Virus record (IMG/VR): IMGVR_UViG_3300035529_000008
Coordinates: 1 to 47,746 of that record
DNA from: a virus
Taxonomy: Duplodnaviria; Caudoviricetes
DNA length: 47,746 nucleotides
Strand: one strand, 5' to 3'
Shown: in pieces, positions 28,976 to 37,792 of the stretch
Position numbering within the stretch: the first letter of the stretch is position 1
How the letters are laid out: every line of letters begins with the position of its first letter
Program-made: the position numbers and the translations under genes
The notes under the pieces: model-generated
The model's database searches: none
The model's input: the letters and a program-made list of their open reading frames with translations, nothing else
What the model was told of the DNA's origin: nothing

Positions 28976-29839
28976 ATGTTTGGTATTATTAACGATCTAT
29001 CGGTTGAAGAATACGTTGACAACTGTATGGGACATCGCATATCTGATAGTTCCAAATTGTCAATCTGTAACATCTTCAAAAATCCCAAAAGTGAAATAGA
29101 GATTTATAATGAATTGGATAATCTCTCAACAATTATCAAAAAGGAATTTAAAGAAGATGAACAGTATATCGCAGAAGAGGGAATTGAAAACCTCAAATTC
29201 TCACCATTGATGGGTCTAGCTACAGATCGTAAAATTGCTACGATACCTGATACTACGATGGTTAATTCTAAAGAAGATCCAGATTCGACGTTTACCCTCG
29301 ACAATATGACTCCCAAGAATCTAATCTATATTATCGACGAGATTCTTGGAGAGGTCTTTCCCAAAGAAATTCTCGACAAACTTCTAGAGATTGTCCATAA
29401 TCCAGGCGAAACCTTTTCTGAGTTACAGGAAAAATTGGACAAGTTGGATGTAAACTTTGAGAAGATTCTTTCCGAGTCTTCATTGGTAGCAAAATGGGGA
29501 AAATTATTTCCCAAAGAATTCAAAACAATTATGGCTAACATTACTGAAAAAGAAGAACCGACTCCTACGACTATCGACTTCGATAGTCGTAGAGATGATG
29601 ATGGTATCTGTGTAGTTACAGATATCATTGAAGTTGAAAAGTTGGTTGGTGGAGCCAGGGGTGATATTATCAAAGTTACACAATCCAATAGAGGTCTAGG
29701 AGTAGATGATCCTAAGCTTCTTCCGGCATATCTTATTGTGACGGACAAGATGCCAGAAGGTGATGCTATTTTGGCTGATCCTGGATTTAAACTGACCAAA
29801 AAGTCTGCACTTGTAGCTCTCAAGAAAAAAGGTATGTAA
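28976..29839 (+). CDS. Hypothetical acidic protein
   Basis: ORF 28952..29839; ATG at 28976 with aaggag RBS. Confidence 0.8.
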   Translation: MFGIINDLSVEEYVDNCMGHRISDSSKLSICNIFKNPKSEIEIYNELDNLSTIIKKEFKEDEQYIAEEGIENLKFSPLMGLATDRKIATIPDTTMVNSKEDPDSTFTLDNMTPKNLIYIIDEILGEVFPKEILDKLLEIVHNPGETFSELQEKLDKLDVNFEKILSESSLVAKWGKLFPKEFKTIMANITEKEEPTPTTIDFDSRRDDDGICVVTDIIEVEKLVGGARGDIIKVTQSNRGLGVDDPKLLPAYLIVTDKMPEGDAILADPGFKLTKKSALVALKKKGM

Positions 29840-29842
29840 ATT

Positions 29843-29876
29843 GGGGGGGGGTACTGTTAGTCAAGTACCCCCTTCC
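29843..29876 (+). terminator. Intrinsic terminator
   Basis: G9-tact...agtacccccttcc hairpin followed by a long T-rich tract. Confidence 0.75.
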
Positions 29877-29945
29877 TATATCTTTATTTTTTTTATTTTT
29901 TATATACTAAGGAAATACATCATATATAACAAGGAGATAATATTT

Positions 29946-31583
29946 ATGACATATTCATTTAAAACAGCAGTAAATGGACTATCGTGTGTAGATGGACAGG
30001 AAGCTATAAATTTCCAAAGAAATAGCAAATTAAGTCAAGGTTTAATTGACATATTTGATGAAGTTTTCAATTATATCAAAGATTATGATAAAGTTAGAAT
30101 TATTACAAATAAGAATATAGAACAACGACATACTGCTATTGTGAAATATTTTAAAAATACTACTATTCCACAATTAAAATCGCATATTAAAAAAGAAACT
30201 AATATAACTATTAAACAGATAATCACTATAGCTCCAGAAAATGCTCAAGGTCTATTTGCTATCGACTTGAGTCTGGACAATATAGAAGATGTTATAGATG
30301 CTAAAGATACACTAACTGGAGAGAAGTCATATAAAGATATAAAAAGTACTAACTCTTTAGATGAGTTATTATCTGTAGCAGAAGATTTTGATCCAGCTAA
30401 TAGTAAATTGTCTACAGGAAAGATATCTAAAGAAAGAGAAGTATTTGCTACTATATATTTCGATGTAGGATCAGCTTTTCTTATGAACGAATTAACTCCT
30501 AATATAGAATCTTTAACATCAGAAGAGATTACAGCTATCATGATGCATGAAATAGGGCACATGATGAGTTTTATTGAAAATATAAATAATATGACATACT
30601 TAGGGCAGTATGTTACTAATAGTGTTAATAATTTAACAGACTCTAAAGATCTCGTATCTCAATTCCATAAAAATTACAAAGTACTTAAAGCTAAAATTAA
30701 TGAACTTGGAAAATCTAAAGCTATCTCTAATAAAGTAGAAAATCTATTAAATAAAGCTTTAGATGTTGTATACTATTTCGATAAAGAGAATAAAAATAGA
30801 TTTATTGGAAATGCTATAAAACTTTTAATAGGTTCAACTATTAAAATTATAATATTGATTATTTTATTTGCAACCAAAAGAGCAGTATTTCTGAGATTTG
30901 TTGCAACGATATATTCTCAAATTTTTACATATCATTTAGTATCTAGCTATATCGTCACTAAAGGACTCAAACAAAAAGAAAAAACTGGAGATGATATATT
31001 TACATCCAGAAATAAATACTACTTTGAACGTATCGCTGATGAGTTTGTATCAAGACATGGAATGGGTAGTTACTTAGCTACAGGATTACAAAAGATCATC
31101 AGTTTTATGAATACTCTACAAGCTACTTCTGGAGTAACTACTTCTCCTGAATTAGCTACTAATAAGTTAGTAAAATACTATTTAGTCACTATGACATTTG
31201 TCAACAATGCTAGCGCGTTGGATACTGAAATATCTTGTTCTGGATATGAAGTAGAAATTGATAGAATTGGTAGGTTATTAGAGAATAATATGGCAGCATT
31301 TAAGAATAGAGATCTACCTAATAACGTAAAGGATAGATATATAAAAGATACCGAACAGTTGATGGTAGCACTGAAAGTAAGTAAATCTCAAGTAGATAAA
31401 ACTATTTCTAAAGTAGTCTCTGATTATTTATTGATGATTAGATCAGGTGATATATTGTATGAAACATTACGAACAGGTAGACTTAGTAAAGATATGGAGA
31501 AATTATTAAACAAGATGGATAGGTTAATAAATAATAAGTTATATTACTATTCAGCTAAATTTGGACAACTATCTAGACACTAA
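29946..31583 (+). CDS. Putative zinc metallopeptidase-like virion protein (HEXXH, M48-like motif arrangement)
   Basis: EEITAIMMHEIGH (HEIGH 30546-30560), a hydrophobic segment, then ERIADEFVSRHG.G..LATGLQK; ATG at 29946 with aaggag RBS. Confidence 0.7.
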   Translation: MTYSFKTAVNGLSCVDGQEAINFQRNSKLSQGLIDIFDEVFNYIKDYDKVRIITNKNIEQRHTAIVKYFKNTTIPQLKSHIKKETNITIKQIITIAPENAQGLFAIDLSLDNIEDVIDAKDTLTGEKSYKDIKSTNSLDELLSVAEDFDPANSKLSTGKISKEREVFATIYFDVGSAFLMNELTPNIESLTSEEITAIMMHEIGHMMSFIENINNMTYLGQYVTNSVNNLTDSKDLVSQFHKNYKVLKAKINELGKSKAISNKVENLLNKALDVVYYFDKENKNRFIGNAIKLLIGSTIKIIILIILFATKRAVFLRFVATIYSQIFTYHLVSSYIVTKGLKQKEKTGDDIFTSRNKYYFERIADEFVSRHGMGSYLATGLQKIISFMNTLQATSGVTTSPELATNKLVKYYLVTMTFVNNASALDTEISCSGYEVEIDRIGRLLENNMAAFKNRDLPNNVKDRYIKDTEQLMVALKVSKSQVDKTISKVVSDYLLMIRSGDILYETLRTGRLSKDMEKLLNKMDRLINNKLYYYSAKFGQLSRH

Positions 31584-31593
31584 AATAAACTAC

Positions 31594-31632
31594 ATATATA
31601 GGAGTAGGGCCAAGTGCCCTACTCCTATATAT
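31594..31632. terminator. Bidirectional terminator-like hairpin
   Basis: atatataggagtagggc-caagt-gccctactcctatatat between convergent genes. Confidence 0.8.
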
Positions 31633-31653
31633 TATCAAAAAATCTTTTACCTT

Positions 31654-32064
31654 TTATACTTCAATTACAACTAGACCTCTAGATCGTAAAGATTCTACAG
31701 TATCATCAAAAAGTGTATCATCGATATTGTAAATTCTAATAGTTCGAGAGACAGCTTCATTGAGTATGGTAAGAGAACCATCTTCTAACCAATCAATTGC
31801 AAATACTCTTACTTTTTGTGTAGTTTGAAGAGTATCCATAACATCTCTATCTAGTTCAATAATAAGATAAATTAAAGACTCCAACGGATCGATAGTAGGA
31901 TCACTCTTTAGTATGGTAGCATGATAACTAACAAGATCTCCATACGACTTTGCTGTATTATAATTGCAAATAGAAGTCACTTTACCTTTATATAGAATAT
32001 TATCATAAGCATGTTTAGTACGAAAGGTAATAGTATCATTGAGTTGGGGGAGAGTATTAGGCAT
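31654..32064 (-). CDS. Small hypothetical protein (beta-rich, type common in phiKZ-like phages)
   Basis: 136-aa ORF with gagga RBS; last gene of a minus-strand operon. Confidence 0.75.
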   Translation of the reverse strand: MPNTLPQLNDTITFRTKHAYDNILYKGKVTSICNYNTAKSYGDLVSYHATILKSDPTIDPLESLIYLIIELDRDVMDTLQTTQKVRVFAIDWLEDGSLTILNEAVSRTIRIYNIDDTLFDDTVESLRSRGLVVIEV

Positions 32065-32084
32065 ATGAAAATATCCTCTTATTG

Positions 32085-33824
32085 TTAATCTTCATTTTTT
32101 GTATATGCTGAACCTGGTACGATTACCTTACTAGTATTTAGAATCTTCGGTAATACTTCAACTATTCTAGAAAATAGTTCATTGTATAGTTTATAAGGTT
32201 GAATAATACCAAACCTATTAAGAAAATCTATATTTCTAATTTTATCTAATTCCATATCATAATATTGATATTTAGAAATCTCTATATCTTCATGTAGATT
32301 TGGAAACTGCAGATCTACATCATTTTCATCACCATAAATGATATCTAACAGACTAGCGATAGATTTTTGAAGAATAGGGTAATCGATCTGTTTAGCTATC
32401 ATAGCAAGTTTAGCATTTCCATCAATTACAAATCCATGCTCAAGAGTAGAAGTGATTGCTCCTAGCGTATCTTCAACTACTGTATTGTTAGAATGATTAT
32501 CCATAGTCTTACCACTAACAACTAGAGATGGTACTATAGGATTTAACATATTCTTATAAATACGAATATATTCTTCCAATTCATTTACTCGTAGATGGTG
32601 GCTATGTTGTGACTTATCGATGAGTTCTTCTAAATCATGACAAGTTTCTGTATATAGGGAATTCTTATCAGTATAATGAAACTCATGTACTTTAGTTTCC
32701 TGATCAATAAAAGAATCTATAATAGCAATCGTAAGATATAATTTATTACCTTTAAAATGAACTAGTACATTTGGAATAATCCAATCACCCACTTGAAAAC
32801 TGGTCGTTGTAGTATATCTATCGGCAGAAGCTGCCAATACTCGAAGTTCTGGATATGTATGATTCTTTAATCTATCATTATAAAGAAACATATAAACTCC
32901 AGGACATTTATTTATTGCAGTAATAATGTCAGGAGAAGCTGATGATGCTAAAATGACAAGATCATCTTCTGAATCTTCACGAGACTTTAGGTAGTCGAGT
33001 AGCATATCAGTTTCAGCATAACCTATAGCTAAATGATTATCAGCTACAATCAAATCTGTAACATTTTTATATTCAGTTCCTAATGCGCTATTGAGTGGTT
33101 TATTGACACCCAAGAAAGCTTCAATCTCAAAATGGTGTTTAGGATATTCTACTCTATATGCTTGGTCAGTTTCTACAGGATCTCTCTTGTATGTAAATAG
33201 TGAATACAATTCTTTAGGTGTATGCTTAAAGATCTCATACATACATTTAGAAAGTTCAATATCCTTTTTGCTCGAAACCATAGATTGCATATAAGCAACT
33301 ATAGCTCGTAATTCATTTTCTTCAAGATCTGTACAAAACGTACAAATATCAGAAATATTTACTTTGTATTTATTAAACATACAAAGGATAGTATCAAATT
33401 TAGATTTTAGTTCTTTTCCTAATTCAGAAAGAGATTTATCTTCTTTCCTTTTATTCTTTTGAGTTAATGCATATTTGAGAAGATGAGAAGCTAATAGCAT
33501 GCTGGATGTAGTTCCATCATGAGCCATACTATCTACTCGTGTTCCAATATAAGTAATCAATTCCTTGATATAGGTTTGGATAGGACTTACAAACTCTACA
33601 TTATTCAAGATATGAATACCGTCTTTAGTAAATACATTAGCATTGTCGTGACCTAAACCCTGTTCAACGACAACTAATGCATCAGTAGAAGAAGGACCAC
33701 AATGTTCTGATAATACATCAATTATCTCATTCAGTGTAACGAGAAAAATATCTCGTAAATTTTCTCCACTTACGTAATTGGTAATTCCTTCGTTAGAATT
33801 TAAAATTACTCGAGTGTTGGACAT
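32085..33824 (-). CDS. groEL: Divergent GroEL-like chaperonin
   Basis: HCGP (GroEL TLGP), FTKDGIHIL (ITKDG), AHDGTTSS (GDGTTT), VEDTLGAITSTLEHGFVIDG (VEDAL..EGVV.GGG), GIIQPYKL (GILDPTKV); 579 aa. Confidence 0.85.
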   Translation of the reverse strand: MSNTRVILNSNEGITNYVSGENLRDIFLVTLNEIIDVLSEHCGPSSTDALVVVEQGLGHDNANVFTKDGIHILNNVEFVSPIQTYIKELITYIGTRVDSMAHDGTTSSMLLASHLLKYALTQKNKRKEDKSLSELGKELKSKFDTILCMFNKYKVNISDICTFCTDLEENELRAIVAYMQSMVSSKKDIELSKCMYEIFKHTPKELYSLFTYKRDPVETDQAYRVEYPKHHFEIEAFLGVNKPLNSALGTEYKNVTDLIVADNHLAIGYAETDMLLDYLKSREDSEDDLVILASSASPDIITAINKCPGVYMFLYNDRLKNHTYPELRVLAASADRYTTTTSFQVGDWIIPNVLVHFKGNKLYLTIAIIDSFIDQETKVHEFHYTDKNSLYTETCHDLEELIDKSQHSHHLRVNELEEYIRIYKNMLNPIVPSLVVSGKTMDNHSNNTVVEDTLGAITSTLEHGFVIDGNAKLAMIAKQIDYPILQKSIASLLDIIYGDENDVDLQFPNLHEDIEISKYQYYDMELDKIRNIDFLNRFGIIQPYKLYNELFSRIVEVLPKILNTSKVIVPGSAYTKNED

Positions 33825-34209
33825 TATTCAATTCCTCTTGCTTAGCTTTTTGTTTTTGTAATTCGATAGCTCGTTCTTTGAGTCGTTTATATTCATCAAC
33901 TTTCAATTTGAGAGATTCATATACCCCATATGACATATCCATCAACTCGTAGAAAGTTAAACCGAATATTTCAGACCATTCGGGAGTAGTCATCATATCA
34001 TCAGCTATCTGTTCAACTATAGATATCTCATCTGCATATGTCGCCTCATCATATTCAATATTACCTAATACAGTATTATCCGAATAGGGCTTATATGTAG
34101 AATTAAATGATTCATTGAAAGTCAATATACTTCTATACCGATCAAGACCTTCAACATTCCGTAGTACGTCCGTGATGAGGTAGCGAAACTTATCGTTACG
34201 ATCATACAA
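33793..34209 (-). CDS. Hypothetical protein; probable -1 frameshift extension of the upstream gene
   Basis: TTG start without a well-spaced RBS; frame is open upstream to the slippery site at 34272; FGLTFYELMDMSY motif. Confidence 0.7.
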   Translation of the reverse strand: MYDRNDKFRYLITDVLRNVEGLDRYRSILTFNESFNSTYKPYSDNTVLGNIEYDEATYADEISIVEQIADDMMTTPEWSEIFGLTFYELMDMSYGVYESLKLKVDEYKRLKERAIELQKQKAKQEELNNVQHSSNFKF

Positions 34210-34235
34210 CTCAGTTGGATCAGTAATCTCCTGAG

Positions 34236-35744
34236 TTACTGACTCAACATCATCACGGACTGGACGAAAAAAGTGTATTGTATATCCATAGGAAGAATAC
34301 CATTTATTGCAGATTTAGGAACATACCCACATTCAGGACATTTTTCATACGGAATACCGATATGAGAAACTGCAGACTCTGTAACGAAATCTCTCATCTG
34401 CATACCAAATTCTGTATCTTCTAACAATTCACTATCGAGAATTTTACTAATCAGTGCAATATCAGTTACTCGGAAATTGATACTTCCATCTTCATTCATA
34501 GATCGAATTTCTTTAATCCATGGAGCAAAAATCTTGTATGCATTGTACTTAAGATATCTCAAAATATCTTCAGTATGTTCTAAACTATGAACACTCTTAA
34601 TGAGACTAGCGTTAAATTGAGCTCCATAATCCATAAAATCATAGAGAGAAGGTACCTTAGTAATTGCTACCCAATTGTTATGCATTTCAATAGATTTAGA
34701 TAGATTCAAAGTATCTTGATAATCGACAATATCTTTCTGAGTTTTTCTGGATCTATTACCGAGAATATTGATACAATCTTCACTAAGCATACTGTAGTTA
34801 TTGAAACGGATCTTTCTTAAATCTATAGTTTTCTTTTCTGTATAGTTACAACCAGCATTGGTACAAGTAAAGGTCATTGGATATCCTTTCTTAAACATCA
34901 ATGATCCAATAGCCCAAACAATACTATCATAATCCAATAAACTGATAGACTTAAGTAATGTATCACCTCTATTCCAATTTTTCAATTCAGCATCAGTAAC
35001 TAGCTTTTTAAACAAATCAATAACAGCTTCTTTAATGATCAAGCTATTAAACAGATAAAAATGAGTACCAAATTCTTTTCCATATACTACAGTTTCAGTG
35101 TATGTCTTATCGTAGAATGCACTCAATTCGCTCAACTTAGGTCCACGCAATGTAATATGAAATCCACTATTAAGAAGTTGAATACGTCTAGCATCAGCTT
35201 CTTTAGTTAGGATCAATAACTCAGCTTCTTTTCCTGTAACGATCTTACCATTCCGATCAGTCCTATCGACAGGAGATGCATCAACTAATTTGATATCATC
35301 TTTTACATATTTAGACTTGAGTTCTTTTCCTTTAGTAGTATCCAATTGTGATTTGTTAAAATCTACAGCAACAGAAAGATCATCAAGAATATTCCTCAAA
35401 ATATATAACTGTGATGTAGTATCTTCCAATTGTGCTCGAATCTCTGACGGAGATAATGTAGATAACAACTCTTCAATCTTTTCTACTACTTCCGATGCTG
35501 TTGCTGAGATACCGGACTGTACAAGACGTTCAGGATCAAATTCTGCTGTATCTTTTTTGTGAGATAAGATATCGTAGATATCAAACTCATCATCTTCAAT
35601 AGTCTTTTCTTGATCAGTATCTTCTTCCCATATAGTTCCAGTATCCGAAGTCTCTTCATTAGCTTCTTCGGGTATTGGAGTTTCCTCAGTTTGTTCAACC
35701 GACAATTCTTCAGGATTCGTAGAATCTTTAATATCTTCAGACAT
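34236..35744 (-). CDS. Putative Zn-binding tail/baseplate assembly chaperone
   Basis: Acidic N-terminus, NSGFHITLRGP, CTNAGC and CPECG cysteine pairs, near-terminal FF encoded by a slippery heptamer. Confidence 0.6.
   Translation of the reverse strand: MSEDIKDSTNPEELSVEQTEETPIPEEANEETSDTGTIWEEDTDQEKTIEDDEFDIYDILSHKKDTAEFDPERLVQSGISATASEVVEKIEELLSTLSPSEIRAQLEDTTSQLYILRNILDDLSVAVDFNKSQLDTTKGKELKSKYVKDDIKLVDASPVDRTDRNGKIVTGKEAELLILTKEADARRIQLLNSGFHITLRGPKLSELSAFYDKTYTETVVYGKEFGTHFYLFNSLIIKEAVIDLFKKLVTDAELKNWNRGDTLLKSISLLDYDSIVWAIGSLMFKKGYPMTFTCTNAGCNYTEKKTIDLRKIRFNNYSMLSEDCINILGNRSRKTQKDIVDYQDTLNLSKSIEMHNNWVAITKVPSLYDFMDYGAQFNASLIKSVHSLEHTEDILRYLKYNAYKIFAPWIKEIRSMNEDGSINFRVTDIALISKILDSELLEDTEFGMQMRDFVTESAVSHIGIPYEKCPECGYVPKSAINGILPMDIQYTFFVQSVMMLSQ
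34266..34272 (-). promoter_or_regulatory. Candidate programmed -1 ribosomal frameshift site T TTT TTC
   Basis: Minus strand acT TTT TTC gtc fits X XXY YYZ in the frame of 35744; the -1 frame continues open into ORF 33793..34209. Confidence 0.7.
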
Positions 35745-35759
35745 ATATCAAATCTCCTT

Positions 35760-36605
35760 TTATTTATTTTTTGTAGATTTAGATTTTTTGAACTTTGGAT
35801 AATATCTCATATGTGGTCGTGTACTGATGACAGTAACGTTAGGTGCAGAAAATAAACTAACATATTCGATATACCCATCTTTAGCCCAAGTAATCAAATT
35901 ACAAGCAATAGAATCTTTATATGCTTTAAATGTTTCTTTGGTCGCTACAGTTTCTAGTCCATCCATTAAATAGATTTCGAATTCCTCATTTTTTAGATCT
36001 TTTATATCACACTCTTCATTATACTTCTTGAGTTTATCTATATAGTCTCGCATAGAACATTTAATAACATGTAAATTCTTATCTTTCATCTGTTCAATAG
36101 TAATGGGATATGTAATATGCTCTAACTCATCAGAGTTGATAGCTTTATACATTTCATAATATCTATTAAGTACAGTAACAGCTTGGAAGATAATGAGTGG
36201 CCAAGCTAATGGTACATGACTACCATCTTTTGGACTCTTTCTATAAATTATACCTATATCGTTGGTATATATTTCCATACTTTCTAGATCACCACCACAT
36301 TCTACCAGATATGATAATACTTTAGTTATATGTACTACCATCTGAGTTTTCTTGGTATCGATCCCTACATGTTTAAATATAGATTTTATAGCATTCAAAT
36401 CATCAGAATTATGAATTTTGACAATATGTAAAGATAATGTAGCATCGCAAAATTTTATCAACTCATCAGGTTTTTGATTAGATAGGATAAAAGTATTTGA
36501 AGAGTCACTTACTCCTAGATATAGATATGCTCCTTTCCTACCTGAAAGTGAAGAGAAATAAAATTTTGATAACTTAATGAGTTGTTTCTGTTCTTGTGGT
36601 GTCAT
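35760..36605 (-). CDS. Hypothetical protein
   Basis: ORF 35760..36722; ATG at 36605 with ggggag RBS is the likelier start. Confidence 0.8.
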   Translation of the reverse strand: MTPQEQKQLIKLSKFYFSSLSGRKGAYLYLGVSDSSNTFILSNQKPDELIKFCDATLSLHIVKIHNSDDLNAIKSIFKHVGIDTKKTQMVVHITKVLSYLVECGGDLESMEIYTNDIGIIYRKSPKDGSHVPLAWPLIIFQAVTVLNRYYEMYKAINSDELEHITYPITIEQMKDKNLHVIKCSMRDYIDKLKKYNEECDIKDLKNEEFEIYLMDGLETVATKETFKAYKDSIACNLITWAKDGYIEYVSLFSAPNVTVISTRPHMRYYPKFKKSKSTKNK

Positions 36606-37056
36606 CTTTCTCCCCTTCAGGAATGTCAAATACCAATTTGTTATTTTCAACTTGAGCAATACTCGAAATGGAAGACTGAAGCTTTTGACTTGTATTGACA
36701 GTATCAGTTGATACATCAACAAATGTCAATAACAATTCAGTCATCCCTTCTAATGTTGTAATATTGTTAAGTTTGGCAGATAGATCAGTTTTGATATTTT
36801 CCAACTTTTCCTTATATACTAAATATTCTTCAGATTTAGTTGTATACACATCCATACAATCATTCTCAGTAGCTATCTTCTTAAATTCTTTATCTATTAC
36901 ATTAAGCTGATCGAGTGCGGTATCAATAAAGGTAAGTAACTTCTGTACTTCAGCTTTCATCTGTTCAGAAAAATTTGCATTAGACTTTCTTTTCTTAGCT
37001 GTTTGCTGTTTACGTTTTGCTCTTTTATTGTCTTTCTTATTCTTGGAAGTAGCCAT
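36574..37056 (-). CDS. Hypothetical coiled-coil protein with very basic N-terminus
   Basis: MATSKNKKDNKRAKRKQQTAKKRK then helical heptads; aaggag RBS. Confidence 0.8.
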   Translation of the reverse strand: MATSKNKKDNKRAKRKQQTAKKRKSNANFSEQMKAEVQKLLTFIDTALDQLNVIDKEFKKIATENDCMDVYTTKSEEYLVYKEKLENIKTDLSAKLNNITTLEGMTELLLTFVDVSTDTVNTSQKLQSSISSIAQVENNKLVFDIPEGEKDDTTRTETTH

Positions 37057-37121
37057 ACTGTTATTCTCCTTATTTTGTAAGTAACATTTAACTTATAGTA
37101 TTGGTTATATTTATTAAAAAA

Positions 37122-37160
37122 TATCCATAAGCGGGAGTATAAAACCCCCGCTTATGGATA
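37122..37160 (-). terminator. Terminator-like hairpin
   Basis: tatccataagcggg...cccgcttatggata with A-tract on the left, giving a U-tract on the minus strand. Confidence 0.75.
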
Positions 37161-37188
37161 GTTTCGATGCAACATACAAAATATATGA

Positions 37189-37695
37189 CTAGATAAAAGT
37201 TTTAACAAATTCAGTAGGAAAACATTTAGTTACCATATCGAGAGATACTCTATTGATACAAGATTTAGCAATATTCAATCCTTCTACCTTATTATCAATA
37301 GTTGTATCATCAAAAGCTTCTAAAGCTCCTTTCACAGAACTAGTAACTAGACGATTATCGATAGTACTTAACTTTTTAGCTACACGATTAGCAATAGACA
37401 GAGTCAGATCTTTCTTCTTATAGGTATCATTCAAATATGCATTGACACTTTTTACCAATTCCGCATTTCCACAATTGTACAATTCGATAGCTCGATTGAG
37501 AGCAGTCTCTACATAATTTTTAGCATCATACATACCGATTCCTTTATTATGCAGATAATCGATATATTCTTCCATAATACTAATTCTGACCATGTTCTCT
37601 GAGGCAATAAGAAATCCTTCATTACACTCATCGACCTTCTGCTGAACAGCTTTCATTTCTTTAACGTCATCATCGAACAATATTTTAAATGACAT
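37189..37695 (-). CDS. Hypothetical protein (possible processed virion protein)
   Basis: ATG at 37695 with aggag RBS; ASE and ALE candidate protease sites. Confidence 0.75.
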   Translation of the reverse strand: MSFKILFDDDVKEMKAVQQKVDECNEGFLIASENMVRISIMEEYIDYLHNKGIGMYDAKNYVETALNRAIELYNCGNAELVKSVNAYLNDTYKKKDLTLSIANRVAKKLSTIDNRLVTSSVKGALEAFDDTTIDNKVEGLNIAKSCINRVSLDMVTKCFPTEFVKTFI

Positions 37696-37792
37696 AATGG
37701 ATTTACTCCTAATTTTATGGTATATGTAAGAGTTAAAAATTAACATATTATCTACATAAGATGTTAACTATTACAAACTAAGGAGTGTAAGT

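Noticed and set aside
29841-29945. N-terminal extensions in the ORF track (also 139, 2978, 23931, 28952, 36722, 37746, 40556, 46996)
   Set aside because: They cross terminators or neighbouring genes, and downstream ATGs have clear RBSs
31654-32064. GroES co-chaperonin downstream of the GroEL-like gene
   Set aside because: No PLxDRV or mobile-loop GGI motif; a structure search would be needed to exclude a remote analogue
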